64,000 nt of DNA from Patescibacteria group bacterium (lineage in GTDB: Bacteria; Patescibacteriota; Microgenomatia; UBA1400; PJMF01). The position numbers and the translations under genes were made by a program. The notes below the pieces were generated by a model. The model was not told the DNA's origin, did no database searches, and saw nothing but the letters and a program-made list of their open reading frames with translations. Below are positions 33,366 to 43,096 of the stretch, in pieces (position 1 is the first letter of the stretch; each line of letters begins with the position of its first letter). The DNA lies in contig BOKX01000001.1 of the NCBI GenBank assembly GCA_016861205.1, forward strand, positions 988,758-1,052,757. The letters are read 5' to 3'.

Positions 33366-33985
33366 GGCAAAAGTAGACCACTGAGCAGACTCACCACCGG
33401 TCCAACCAGGTAACTAACTGGGGCTGATCCACCAGCCCAAGGAAAGATCAGTAGTAACAAGACCAGCATGCCAAACTGGCGCATGGTCTCTTCGTACTCG
33501 ATCGCTAATTGAGGCGGCAAGACGGCCAGGATAATTTTGCTGCCATCGAGTGGATAAACTGGAATCAGGTTAAAAACGGCCAGCACCAAGTTAATGATCA
33601 GTAGTTGTGCCAAGCCGATCTGCAGCCACAGCCAAGGAGCCAGTCCTAGGTGCATAACAATGGAGAGAACCAGAGCGATGGTGATGTTAGTCAAAGGGCC
33701 AGCCACCGCGATAATGGCTGTATCCTTGAGCGGATGTCGTAAATTATATGGGTCAAACTGAACTGGTTTGCCCCAACCGAATCGGGTCAATAGCAAAGCC
33801 AGTGTCCCGAGTGGATCGAGGTGGGCCAGCGGGTTAAGTGTGACTCGGCCTTGGACACGGGGAGTGGGATCTCCCAACCGGTCAGCCGTCCAAGCATGGG
33901 CGAACTCATGCAGGGCTAGCGAGATGAGCAGGCCTGGAAACAGAAACAAAAAAGCCAAGGGGTCGCTGAAGAAGAGACTGATCAT
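33362..33985 (-). CDS. Site-2 protease family (peptidase M50B) membrane metalloprotease
   Basis: HEFAHAW (HExxH within a TM helix) and the downstream NLIPVYPLDGSKI motif typical of SpoIVFB/RseP-like M50 proteases. Multi-TM, 207 aa. Confidence 0.7.
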   Translation of the reverse strand: MISLFFSDPLAFLFLFPGLLISLALHEFAHAWTADRLGDPTPRVQGRVTLNPLAHLDPLGTLALLLTRFGWGKPVQFDPYNLRHPLKDTAIIAVAGPLTNITIALVLSIVMHLGLAPWLWLQIGLAQLLIINLVLAVFNLIPVYPLDGSKIILAVLPPQLAIEYEETMRQFGMLVLLLLIFPWAGGSAPVSYLVGPVVSLLSGLLLP

Positions 33986-34108
33986 ACCTGGACAATTTTA
34001 CACTATTGAGGCTGAAGGTAATCTGAAGATCAACCGCGCCCTGGTTTGTATCACCCACTTGAGTATCTGCCTTGCCTATCTGGACCAAAACTGGTATACT
34101 ACCCGTCT

Positions 34109-34321
34109 ATGTCGTCTTTCGCCTTCAAATATCCTCGAGTAGCCAGTGTTGGTAATCGAGTTTCTCACGCCAAAAACCGAACCAAGCACGCTTTCAAGTA
34201 CAACTTGCACACCGTGACTGTGGTCATGGATGGCACCAAACAACGTTTACGTGTGCCAACTAAAGTGCTCCGCAAGTTGAAAAAAGCCGGTGTGACCACT
34301 CACTACCGCGCTGAAAAATAA
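34109..34321 (+). CDS. rpmB: 50S ribosomal protein L28
   Basis: …VGNRVSHAKNRTKHAFKYNLHTVTV…DGTKQRLRVPTKVLRKL… matches the L28 core (GNNVSHANNKTKRRF…NLQ…). Start taken at the ATG at 34109, directly after a TGgTATACT -10-like element. An alternative start is at 34046. Confidence 0.7.
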   Translation: MSSFAFKYPRVASVGNRVSHAKNRTKHAFKYNLHTVTVVMDGTKQRLRVPTKVLRKLKKAGVTTHYRAEK

Positions 34322-34368
34322 TTTCATTTTAGAATTTTCTCAGTCAAACCTTGGCTAGTGTGCCAGGG

Positions 34369-35343
34369 CTAGTTGCGTTGCCAAACTGATTTGAGTTGAG
34401 CCCAGGAACTGGGTTGTTTACCTTCAAGTTGAACGGTATCGAGTACCAACCGGCCGTGATCAAGATGGGTAGCCAGAATCTTGAGTCGCTGGTCACCTTT
34501 GGCAGTGGGAAGCAAGGTCCATAGTCCTGGCCAGGGTGAGAAAGCTCGGGTAGCTCGTTCCAAGACGGTTGGCCAATCAGCAGTCTCTGCGTTTACCTCA
34601 GCCAGCAGGTTTGATGAAGCGGCAATCCCATCAGGAGGCAGCAGCCCAGCCGCGGCGGCCAGAATTGGCCACTCGATGAAGCTGTCAGTTTTGTTGAGTC
34701 GCTTGGCAATGGGAGTTGGTGAAGTGGCAGGCTGGGACGTGCTCACAGGTTGGGCGGCAAACTGCTTAACCAAATCTGGTAGGCGAGTAGCCATTAGCGC
34801 GAAACTTTCCCGATAGTAGTCAATGCTAGTCCAAGTGGGGTCTACAGCAATCGGCAAGGTCGCGATGATCGGTCCCTCATCCAGTCCGGCACTCATGATC
34901 ATCAAGGTGACAGCGCTGGTTGAGTCGCCAAACAGCAGACAAAACTGTGCCGGCGAACTGCCGCGCCAGCGCGGCAGATCCGAAGGGTGAATGTTTAAGG
35001 GCGCAATTTTAGGCAACTTGAGCAACCAGTCCGGGACCAGATACCCAAAATCAACAACCAATAGGATATCAATCGGTTGGTTGGTGTTGAGAGCCATTAC
35101 TTGTGTTTCAACCTCTGCATCGAGTTTAGTCTGGACATGAACAACTGGAATACCTTGGGCTTGCGACCATAGCTCCACCGGGTTGGTAGTCATTATTTGT
35201 TGGCGGCCAATTGGTTGGGGTGGTGGGGTGAGAGTCCAGACGATTTGGAACACTGGATCAGCAGTTAATGATTCGGCCATCAGGCGAGTTCGTTCCGTGC
35301 TGCCAGCAAGGCCGACTGAGATGGTTTTTGATGGGCTGGTCAT
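34369..35343 (-). CDS. fmt: Methionyl-tRNA formyltransferase
   Basis: N-terminal formyltransferase domain with NIHPSDLPRWRGSSP (SLLPRWRG motif), about 320 aa. Downstream of def as in the def-fmt operon. Confidence 0.9.
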   Translation of the reverse strand: MTSPSKTISVGLAGSTERTRLMAESLTADPVFQIVWTLTPPPQPIGRQQIMTTNPVELWSQAQGIPVVHVQTKLDAEVETQVMALNTNQPIDILLVVDFGYLVPDWLLKLPKIAPLNIHPSDLPRWRGSSPAQFCLLFGDSTSAVTLMIMSAGLDEGPIIATLPIAVDPTWTSIDYYRESFALMATRLPDLVKQFAAQPVSTSQPATSPTPIAKRLNKTDSFIEWPILAAAAGLLPPDGIAASSNLLAEVNAETADWPTVLERATRAFSPWPGLWTLLPTAKGDQRLKILATHLDHGRLVLDTVQLEGKQPSSWAQLKSVWQRN

Positions 35344-35346
35344 ACG

Positions 35347-35925
35347 TTAAAAACCTAGTGCGACAGAACGGTCAATCTCTATCAATTTGCTACTGCGTGA
35401 GGTCCCGCGGAAAAGCGGCAAGTCATACTGCAGAATGTAGTCGGTGAATAAAACCCCGTTCAAGTGGTCCAGCTCGTGCTGAATGACACGGGCGGCAAAG
35501 TCGCTGGCTCGCATGCGACGATTGACGAGTTTGTCACCTTCGACGGTTTGATACTCCAACTCCACCCAGCTCCATCGAGGAACTGGTCCGTAGAGATCGG
35601 GAATCGACAAACAGCCTTCCAAAACCTCCTCACCAGCTCGTGGCCCAAGAACAGGAGTTGCGCTGGTTTTGGTTATAACCGGGTTGATGTACAGGACCAT
35701 CTGGCTAGGTGCAGATTCATCATTATCCAGAGCCACATGGGTCACAAACATGCGCCAAGACTGATTTACCTGGGGAGCCGCCAAGCCAACACCGGGAGGG
35801 TTGTTTTGGGCCAAAAGGGTTTTGGGGAGCTCGGTGCTGAGTTGCCACAGCTCGTCAGTGAGCTTGGTCACTGGCTGGGCAGTAGCTCGCAGAGTTGCAT
35901 GGGGAACCGAGATAATCTTCATCAT
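35347..35925 (-). CDS. def: Peptide deformylase
   Basis: All three PDF motifs are present: GVGLAAPQV, EGCLSIP, QHELDHLNG. Start taken at MMKIIS…. Confidence 0.9.
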   Translation of the reverse strand: MMKIISVPHATLRATAQPVTKLTDELWQLSTELPKTLLAQNNPPGVGLAAPQVNQSWRMFVTHVALDNDESAPSQMVLYINPVITKTSATPVLGPRAGEEVLEGCLSIPDLYGPVPRWSWVELEYQTVEGDKLVNRRMRASDFAARVIQHELDHLNGVLFTDYILQYDLPLFRGTSRSSKLIEIDRSVALGF

Positions 35926-35966
35926 GTGCGACACTATTATACTAGAGCATACGTTAAAACCATCCA

Positions 35967-38192
35967 CTAGCGTGTTTGGGGCTGAGCGCTGAGTGTGGCT
36001 TGCAACTGCTCCAGTCGATCGCGAATCGCGTCATTCTTCGGATTCTTGGTCAAGATGTACTGGTACTCAGCCATTGCTTCGGTCCAGTTCTTTTGTTGTT
36101 CAAACAACTTACCAAGCTCAGCCCGCGCAGACTCATAGTTGGGGCGCAACTGGATGGCCGTCTCGAGCAGTTCTTGGCCTTTTGCTGTTTGGCCCTGGCT
36201 TAGTACAACCAGTGCAAGGTTGTAGACTAGTTTGGCATCCGTTGGTGAGAGTTTGAGTGCTTGTTCTAAAACGTGTTGGGCAGCTGGGATTTTACTTGCA
36301 TCAAAACTCCCGAGAGTGATAAAGAGTCGTGCTCGGGTTTTGTAAAAGTTCAGGTGCCGAGGGTTGCGACGCAGAGCTTCGTCACTGAACGCTTCAGCAG
36401 AAGTAGCAAACTGAGCGGCCGCGGTCGACTCATGTTGTAGCTCCAAAGCGGCTGAGATTTGTCCATAGGTCCCAGCTAGTTCGTCGTAGAACAGGGCTTC
36501 AGCTGGTGAAAGTCTGACAGCCATTTCCAAATTTTGGATTCCGAGCTCAACTAAGCCAGATTTTATGGCGTTTTTACCTTGTGCGTAGCGATAATCTGCT
36601 TGCCATTGAGTTCGAACCAACCACAACCACCAGATTAAACAGAGAGCCAGTAGAATCAGCCCAATGGTTTGGGCTGGATGCCAGTCATCAGATTGTGTGG
36701 CTTGGTACTTGGTATCAGGTATGGCAAGGAGACTGAGGCCTGCCATATATAAATAGAGTAAGACCGTGACCATGACGGTCGAGAAACCAAAAAAGTTGGA
36801 TACGCTCAAAGCGATGACACCACTGCCCCAAGCCAAGATTTGAAGCACTGAAGCGTTCTCATCCGGTTTTGCAGTGAAAATTTGTTTGAAGCCGAGCCAA
36901 CCACCCATTCCCAAAACAGCGAGATAGGTGACGAGACCAATCAAGCCTGTAGTAGCTAAATAGTTCAAAAATTCGTTGTGAGCCTTGTTATACAAGAAGT
37001 CCCATTCTGAGACATTATTGTGTTCAACTGGTCGATCTTGGTAGTAACTATAGGCAAAAGTTTCTACGCCTGATCCGAAGATGGGATAGCGTTGCCAAAC
37101 CTTGATTGCTCCTTGCCAGACAATTTTGCGGATTTCACCGGAATCGGTGCCACCTTCACCAAGTCGGTCAACTGAACCAGTTTCAGCCGGAGTAGCTGGT
37201 GACGGTACGACTGACAGGGTGCTGTTGCTTAGTAGAGATTGAAGCGACGGTGAAAAAGGGGTGCCACTATATAGACTAACACTGACTATAATCGCCATCG
37301 CTGCGCCAACGAAGATTGAGAGAGGTTTCCAACTTGAGTGGGGAGAGTGACCGCGCAGTCGATGCCAGAGTTGCCAGCCAATCCAGCCACCAATGTATAC
37401 ACCAAGCCCCAGCCCCAGACCGAGGATACCAGACCGAGATCTTGTGTAAAGGGTGGTGGCAGTAAATAATCCCACCACACTACAACCAACTGTGGCCCAA
37501 CCCAATTTTTGTGCCAAGGTCCAGTGACTGGTTTTTGCCCATTGCCGACTCCACATCGAAATCGTGAGTGGAATAATCATGATTAAGTACGCTGCCAACC
37601 AGTTTGGTTGCCCAAACGTACCGAACACCCGACTTTTGACATCCTGAATCCAGCAGTCGACACCGAAACTTTGGCCGTTAGTAATTAACCAGCAACTTGG
37701 AGAATGACCAAAATGTTCAGGAGCAGCATATAACGAGGCCCCGATGGCTCCCACGATGACACTCCACCATAAACCTTGTAGGCTCCGGCGAGTAAATGTG
37801 TTGACAGCGGTGTAGTACAGCAACAGGTAAGCGACAGTGGAGGCTAACCCACCATGGAAGCGAGAGTAGTAACCCCAAACTGATGTATACGGGTGAATTG
37901 ACAAGACGGTCGAGAGAACTTGTGAAGCAGCAAAGGCAGCCAACACCCAATCAAGGGGTGTTTTGCGCCAGATGAAGCGTTGCTGCAACAGCATCCGGCC
38001 TACCCAAGTACTAACAATCAAGCCAGTCAAAGCATAGACCGCAATCATCTTGTTAAACTCAAACAACTCATCGTTTATCCAGGTGAACAAAAAAGGTACC
38101 AGCAGCACGAGGAGGTGGAACAGGCCAATCCCAGCCACGCGCCAGTGCTCAGGATTCAAGAAAGAATTTTGTGTCTTCACCGCAGTGCTCAT
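35967..38192 (-). CDS. O-antigen ligase/polymerase-like polytopic membrane protein fused to C-terminal TPR repeats
   Basis: About 12 TM helices in the N-terminal 450 aa with a Wzy_C-like pattern. The C-terminal 250 aa contain multiple TPR units (…AEYQYILTKNPKNDAIRDRLEQL…). Confidence 0.5.
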   Translation of the reverse strand: MSTAVKTQNSFLNPEHWRVAGIGLFHLLVLLVPFLFTWINDELFEFNKMIAVYALTGLIVSTWVGRMLLQQRFIWRKTPLDWVLAAFAASQVLSTVLSIHPYTSVWGYYSRFHGGLASTVAYLLLYYTAVNTFTRRSLQGLWWSVIVGAIGASLYAAPEHFGHSPSCWLITNGQSFGVDCWIQDVKSRVFGTFGQPNWLAAYLIMIIPLTISMWSRQWAKTSHWTLAQKLGWATVGCSVVGLFTATTLYTRSRSGILGLGLGLGVYIGGWIGWQLWHRLRGHSPHSSWKPLSIFVGAAMAIIVSVSLYSGTPFSPSLQSLLSNSTLSVVPSPATPAETGSVDRLGEGGTDSGEIRKIVWQGAIKVWQRYPIFGSGVETFAYSYYQDRPVEHNNVSEWDFLYNKAHNEFLNYLATTGLIGLVTYLAVLGMGGWLGFKQIFTAKPDENASVLQILAWGSGVIALSVSNFFGFSTVMVTVLLYLYMAGLSLLAIPDTKYQATQSDDWHPAQTIGLILLALCLIWWLWLVRTQWQADYRYAQGKNAIKSGLVELGIQNLEMAVRLSPAEALFYDELAGTYGQISAALELQHESTAAAQFATSAEAFSDEALRRNPRHLNFYKTRARLFITLGSFDASKIPAAQHVLEQALKLSPTDAKLVYNLALVVLSQGQTAKGQELLETAIQLRPNYESARAELGKLFEQQKNWTEAMAEYQYILTKNPKNDAIRDRLEQLQATLSAQPQTR

Positions 38193-38214
38193 AAGTTGCT
38201 ATAGTATAAGGGTT

Positions 38215-38865
38215 ATGACAGATCCTGCCCAGTCAAATTCTTACGTAGATTCGTACGCACCACCAAGCTCTCAAGCTGCCACTGCGCCTGCCTCTTTTGC
38301 TGAGCCAGCGCCCATGACCCCGAGCGCGCCAGCTATGCCAACTCAAAGTCAGCCAGTCATGCCTGCTGATAATGCGACACCAGCTTCTGACGCATCACCC
38401 GCAGCTGATATGTTTGATGCTAACGATCCAGAAGCCCTCGAGAACCAAAATATTTTCGAACTTCTTGGTGTGGTGGATGGGACTGAGGCCGAGCGTGAGT
38501 CGTTCCTGGATGAACTACAACAAGTGATCTGGGAAGACATGTTGGAGAACGATGTTCCGCAGCTGATTACAGCTGAAGAACTCACCCAGCTTGATGGTAT
38601 TAAAGCCCAAACGTTTGCCAGTGAGCTGGAGAAGCAAGAAGCGATCATTACCTTTTTGGAGAAGATTATTCCTGATCTTGAAGAGATCATGCTCGAAAAA
38701 GCACTGGAACTCAAAGAAGACATGATGCGCGAGCGAATTAGCGGCATGCGCGAGTACTATGTTAACCAGGCTGAACCGCTGCAAAAAATAGCTTCGGCTG
38801 AAGAGCTGATTAATAGTGATAAGTGGCGTTCTGCAGCCACAATTTTGAACGCACTCCAGTCATAG
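38215..38865 (+). CDS. Hypothetical acidic protein (216 aa)
   Basis: Start at the internal ATG 38215 (MTDPAQS…) to avoid antisense overlap. Pro/Ala-rich N-terminus and an acidic C-terminal half. Confidence 0.45.
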   Translation: MTDPAQSNSYVDSYAPPSSQAATAPASFAEPAPMTPSAPAMPTQSQPVMPADNATPASDASPAADMFDANDPEALENQNIFELLGVVDGTEAERESFLDELQQVIWEDMLENDVPQLITAEELTQLDGIKAQTFASELEKQEAIITFLEKIIPDLEEIMLEKALELKEDMMRERISGMREYYVNQAEPLQKIASAEELINSDKWRSAATILNALQS

Positions 38866-38950
38866 GAGTTGCCAAACTGGTTCCAGCAACGTCAGGTTTT
38901 TTACATACCGCCTGGTAACAAGGTGTGATATTCTCGTCACAACAGCGACT

Positions 38951-39973
38951 ATGAGTTCTATTAAATTACCATTCTGGGATCGGTGGCAGCCAGAGGCAGT
39001 GTATCTCGATTGGGGTTCCCGAAGTTTCAAGTATCAGGTCGGGCAACGTGCGATTCAATCTCAAGCGGGTTGTGTGGTGTATCACCCAGGGAAGCAAAGT
39101 GTCGTCAGTTGGGGAACTGCAGCTGTAGGTTGGACCGGCAAGCTACCACCAGGACTTCGGCAAGTTTGGCCAGTCAAGCAGGGGGCAGTAGTGGATATCG
39201 AAGCGGCTACTTTGCTGATGCGAAGTTGGTGGCAAAGCTGGCCGCACGCAAAAGGCCAGCGATACCATTTATATGTGGCTGTGCCGACGCTGGCTTCGCC
39301 AGTCGAGCGCAGTATTATGAGTGATGCCTTCGGTTCAGCTGGTATTCACGCTGTCAAGTTGGTGAATCAGGCGGATTGTTTAGTCTATGCTGCTCAACAC
39401 AGTGGGCGAGCTATGCACACTGGTTTACTGATCATGATTGGCTCGACGTACAGTGAAGTGGTGGTGCTGCACGACAACCAAATCAAAGCCCAACGAACCT
39501 GGCGATGGGGCAGCGACAACATTACCACCGAGTTACAAAAACTATTGCACACAGAGTACCAATGCCAAGTAAGTTGGCAGACCATTCAAGCAGCTCAATG
39601 GTCGATAGCTCAATTACCGGTTATGAGCACTGGGGTAGCTGGCGAACAACAAGTGACAATGCGGGGCAAGCATGCTTTGACGCATCTACCGGTGACGCTA
39701 ACCCTCACCAATGTGATGTGCCAACCGGTGTTAGATACTTGGAGTTTACAAGTCAGACAAGAGCTCGTGTCATTTTTAGCAACCCTGCCGGCAACTGTAC
39801 GGGAGTCAGTGCTCGCTCAAGGTGTGTGGCTGACGGGCGGTGGAAGTCGAGTGAAAAAAGTTGAGCAGTACTTGGCTGATATTCTTGATTGTTCGGTGTC
39901 TACTGCGCTACAACCAGAACTAAGCGTGTTACAAGGTTTGCAAGGAGTGATGAATGGATCCCAGAAAGATTGA
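38951..39973 (+). CDS. mreB: Divergent actin-like ATPase, probably rod-shape protein MreB-like
   Basis: Weak actin-fold motifs (YLDWGSRSFKY phosphate-1-like; GVWLTGGGSRVKKVEQYLADIL adenosine motif). Genomic position directly upstream of mreC/mreD/PBP2. Confidence 0.55.
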   Translation: MSSIKLPFWDRWQPEAVYLDWGSRSFKYQVGQRAIQSQAGCVVYHPGKQSVVSWGTAAVGWTGKLPPGLRQVWPVKQGAVVDIEAATLLMRSWWQSWPHAKGQRYHLYVAVPTLASPVERSIMSDAFGSAGIHAVKLVNQADCLVYAAQHSGRAMHTGLLIMIGSTYSEVVVLHDNQIKAQRTWRWGSDNITTELQKLLHTEYQCQVSWQTIQAAQWSIAQLPVMSTGVAGEQQVTMRGKHALTHLPVTLTLTNVMCQPVLDTWSLQVRQELVSFLATLPATVRESVLAQGVWLTGGGSRVKKVEQYLADILDCSVSTALQPELSVLQGLQGVMNGSQKD

Positions 39974-40754
39974 GTATCCCAGCTTTTTTCAAGCTTTGCG
40001 CGCCGAAAAGTTGCAGCTAGTTGTAGTTGTGGCAGGTATTTGGTTTTTTGAGTGGCTGGGAATGACCACGAACCTGACTGTTTTTTTGGGATGGCTTGCC
40101 AACCCGCTGCTAACCACTAGTCACCAGTTGGTGATGACAGCAGCTTGGCCATATCAAATTTTGCGCACTAGCCATCGCGCTGCCCGACGAATACAAGACT
40201 TAGAGCTCAAGTATGCGGTCAGTCAGGCACAATTATCAGACTTAGCCGCATTGCAAGCGGAGAATCAGGCTTTGCGGGCATTGTTGGAGAGCTCAACCCG
40301 TGCCAGCGGCAGTGGAGTTGTGGCGGCCCCAATTGTGTCGCTGACAGACCCAGCCATTGCGGCCGGCTCTGAAGCCGGGGTGAAGCCAGGTTATTTAGTG
40401 ACTGCTAGTGGTACTTTACTGGGTATTGTGCAAGCGACCGGCCCGTATCAATCCGAGATCTCACTCTTGTCACAACGAGATGGCGTGTTGATTGTGGCGC
40501 GGACTGAAACAGGCGTAGAAGGTCTTATCAAAGGTGATGGCCGACGGGTGTTGCTGACTGAAGTCCCGTTGGATCAACCACTTGAGGTGGGGCAGAAACT
40601 GGTGACGGTTGGGCAGATAGGAGTCACGCCCCAGTTGTTTATTGGTCAGATTCAAAGTATCAAGGCGGATCCGACCGCCGCAACTCAAGTGGCTGTAGTT
40701 GATCAGTTAGTGTCGTTTTATCAAACAGTGATAGTAGAGGTTCAGTCACCATGA
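39954..40754 (+). CDS. mreC: Rod shape-determining protein MreC
   Basis: N-terminal TM helix, coiled coil (…LAALQAENQALRALLE…), C-terminal beta-rich domain (…GYLVTASGTLLGIV…VGQKLVTVGQ…). Confidence 0.7.
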   Translation: MDPRKIEYPSFFQALRAEKLQLVVVVAGIWFFEWLGMTTNLTVFLGWLANPLLTTSHQLVMTAAWPYQILRTSHRAARRIQDLELKYAVSQAQLSDLAALQAENQALRALLESSTRASGSGVVAAPIVSLTDPAIAAGSEAGVKPGYLVTASGTLLGIVQATGPYQSEISLLSQRDGVLIVARTETGVEGLIKGDGRRVLLTEVPLDQPLEVGQKLVTVGQIGVTPQLFIGQIQSIKADPTAATQVAVVDQLVSFYQTVIVEVQSP

Positions 40755-41215
40755 TACTGAAAATAGTCACGCAACTTGGTTGGTTTGTTGGTTTAGCATT
40801 CGTGGCGACTTTAGAGCGAGTGGTGGGCTTGCCGGGTTGGTACTTTTTGGGTATGTGGTGGTGGACTACGCAACTACCGGCCGGTTGGGTGCGGGTTTTA
40901 GCGTTGGTAGCTGGAGGGTTGTGGTTAGCTGTGGTGTTCAATGTCCCGTTGAGCTGGGGCGTAGCGTTGTTAGCAAGTTGGTACTTAGCAGGTACGTTGT
41001 TACCGACACAAGCTAGCTGGCAAACAGTCAGACTCTGTTTGTTGGTTTTGGTGTGGATGTTGCTGGTGGCGGTGTTGGCAAAAGTTCCGTGGTCTTGGCT
41101 CAGTGTGGGGTACACCTTGGGTGTGCTGGCGGTGGTGGTAATTGTTAGTCGAGCAGTGGTGATTTGGGATCAGCGGTTGCAGTTATCGGCTTGGTGGAAA
41201 TACCGATCAATATGA
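40751..41215 (+). CDS. mreD: MreD-like small polytopic membrane protein
   Basis: 154 aa with about 4-5 TM helices, in the mreD position between mreC and PBP2. 4-nt overlaps with both neighbours. Confidence 0.45.
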   Translation: MILKIVTQLGWFVGLAFVATLERVVGLPGWYFLGMWWWTTQLPAGWVRVLALVAGGLWLAVVFNVPLSWGVALLASWYLAGTLLPTQASWQTVRLCLLVLVWMLLVAVLAKVPWSWLSVGYTLGVLAVVVIVSRAVVIWDQRLQLSAWWKYRSI

Positions 41216-43038
41216 CAAACACTTCTACGCGGCCACTGGCTGTCAGAACTCGGATCCTGACGGGGGTGTGGGTGTCATTGCTGAGTTTATTGGGGGTGAG
41301 GTTGATTGATGTGCAACTGCATAAAGGGAGTGAGTTTCGAGTTCAAGCCGATGACAATCGTTTTTTTACCCAACGTCTCGTTGCCAATCGAGGGGTTTTG
41401 CTTGATCGATATGGTGAGCCATTAGTTTGGAACCAGCGACGTTACTACACCGTCGCTGATCCACAATCACTCCATCCTACCAAGCAATTTATCGATCGAG
41501 AAACTGCGTTGGTGTTGCTGGCAACTCGCTCTGCAGAGGTTGGGTTTACGACCGAGCGGGAGTATCGCTACCCAGAGGTTTTAGCCCAAGTAGTAGGCTA
41601 TGTAGCCCCCGTGACGGTGGAAGATTTGGAGCAAGATCCCACCTTGTCATCACAACATCAAGTAGGCAAGTTGGGTTTGGAAAAAAGTTTTGACGAGCGA
41701 TTGCGAGGGATTGATGGTAAAGAAGTGGTGGAAATTAATGCTCTGGGTCAAAAACAACGGGTGATCAAACACGTTGAGCCACAATCTGGTCAAGCGATCC
41801 AAACTACGCTCGATCCAGAACTAGCTCAAGTAGCCTGGCAGGCTTTGGGTGATCATCCCGGGGCGGTGGTGATCAGTGACGCTAGTAGTGGAGCCCTACT
41901 GGCGGTTGTCAACAAACCGAGTTTTGATGCAAACCTTATTAGTCAGGTGCCAATCGATGATCAAGAGCGGCAAAGCCGCGCCAGCCAGCTGTCAACTCTT
42001 TTTACCGATCCACGAAAGTTGTTTTTTAATCGAGCTGTCGCCGGTGCATATCCGCCGGGTTCTGTTTTCAAGCTGGTCACCGCATTGGCTGGTTTGGAAT
42101 CGGGGGCAATTACGGCTGAGACCTCTGTCGTCGACGAAGGTATTTTAAAAGTTGGCGAATACGAGTATCGCAACTGGTACTTTACCCAATATGGGCGTAC
42201 AGAGGGGGAAATTTCACTGGTGCGAGCACTAGCACGCAGTAATGATATTTACTTCTACAAAGCGGCTGAGTTTATCGGGCCGAGCAAGTTGGCCGAGTTT
42301 GCCCGCATTTTTGGGTTTGGAAAAGCACCTGGCAGCCAGCTGAGTGGCGAGGCTGTCGGGCTTGTTCCGGATCCAGAGTGGAAAGAGCAAAAGCTAGGTG
42401 AGCGGTGGTTTTTAGGTAACACGTATCACTTTGGGATCGGCCAAGGCGATCTCCTAGTCTCTCCGTTGCAAATTGCATCGCTAGGTCAAGCTATTGCTAA
42501 CAACGGCATGCAATGTCAGCCAAGTTTTACCCCACAACAAATTCCGGATTGTCGGGAGATTAGTGTCCATACCGAAAACATGGAACTGATTTTGCAGGGG
42601 ATGCTCGACGCTTGTAGCCCAGGGGGAACCGCGTTCCCGTTTTTCGCTTTCAATCAAGCTCGAAGGGTGACTGATCAGGATGCAAAGGCTGATTTAGAAT
42701 CTGGTGCTGTAGCTTGTAAGACTGGTACCGCGGAGTTTGGGGGAGCCGATGCCAATGGCCATAGACGGACTCACGGTTGGTTTTTGGCTATCGTTGAGCC
42801 CAAGCTCAGCAGTACAGCACCAAGTGATCCGCAGCAACTCAAGTGGTGGGAGCGGGCGCGTGCTCAAGGTTTCCCACGTCGGTTGGTGATCACTGTTTTA
42901 ACAGAAAGTAATGATCAGATTCCTTTCAAAGAAGGTTCTCGTGAAGCCGCCCCAGTGGCTAAGTCAATTGTGGACTGGTTGAATGGAGCGGCAGCGCCAA
43001 CTGCCACGGCTTCTGCTGGGCCCGCTTCTTCTCGTTGA
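41212..43038 (+). CDS. mrdA: Penicillin-binding protein 2 (peptidoglycan D,D-transpeptidase)
   Basis: N-terminal TM, PBP dimerisation domain, transpeptidase motifs SVFK (SxxK), SND (SxN) and KTGTA (KTG). Start at ATG 41212 (MTNTST…), overlapping the mreD stop. Confidence 0.85.
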   Translation: MTNTSTRPLAVRTRILTGVWVSLLSLLGVRLIDVQLHKGSEFRVQADDNRFFTQRLVANRGVLLDRYGEPLVWNQRRYYTVADPQSLHPTKQFIDRETALVLLATRSAEVGFTTEREYRYPEVLAQVVGYVAPVTVEDLEQDPTLSSQHQVGKLGLEKSFDERLRGIDGKEVVEINALGQKQRVIKHVEPQSGQAIQTTLDPELAQVAWQALGDHPGAVVISDASSGALLAVVNKPSFDANLISQVPIDDQERQSRASQLSTLFTDPRKLFFNRAVAGAYPPGSVFKLVTALAGLESGAITAETSVVDEGILKVGEYEYRNWYFTQYGRTEGEISLVRALARSNDIYFYKAAEFIGPSKLAEFARIFGFGKAPGSQLSGEAVGLVPDPEWKEQKLGERWFLGNTYHFGIGQGDLLVSPLQIASLGQAIANNGMQCQPSFTPQQIPDCREISVHTENMELILQGMLDACSPGGTAFPFFAFNQARRVTDQDAKADLESGAVACKTGTAEFGGADANGHRRTHGWFLAIVEPKLSSTAPSDPQQLKWWERARAQGFPRRLVITVLTESNDQIPFKEGSREAAPVAKSIVDWLNGAAAPTATASAGPASSR

Positions 43039-43096
43039 TCGCTCGGCATCGTTGTCAAGCAAGCTTCGTGCAAGCTCAACTGCGTATAGTCAAAGT

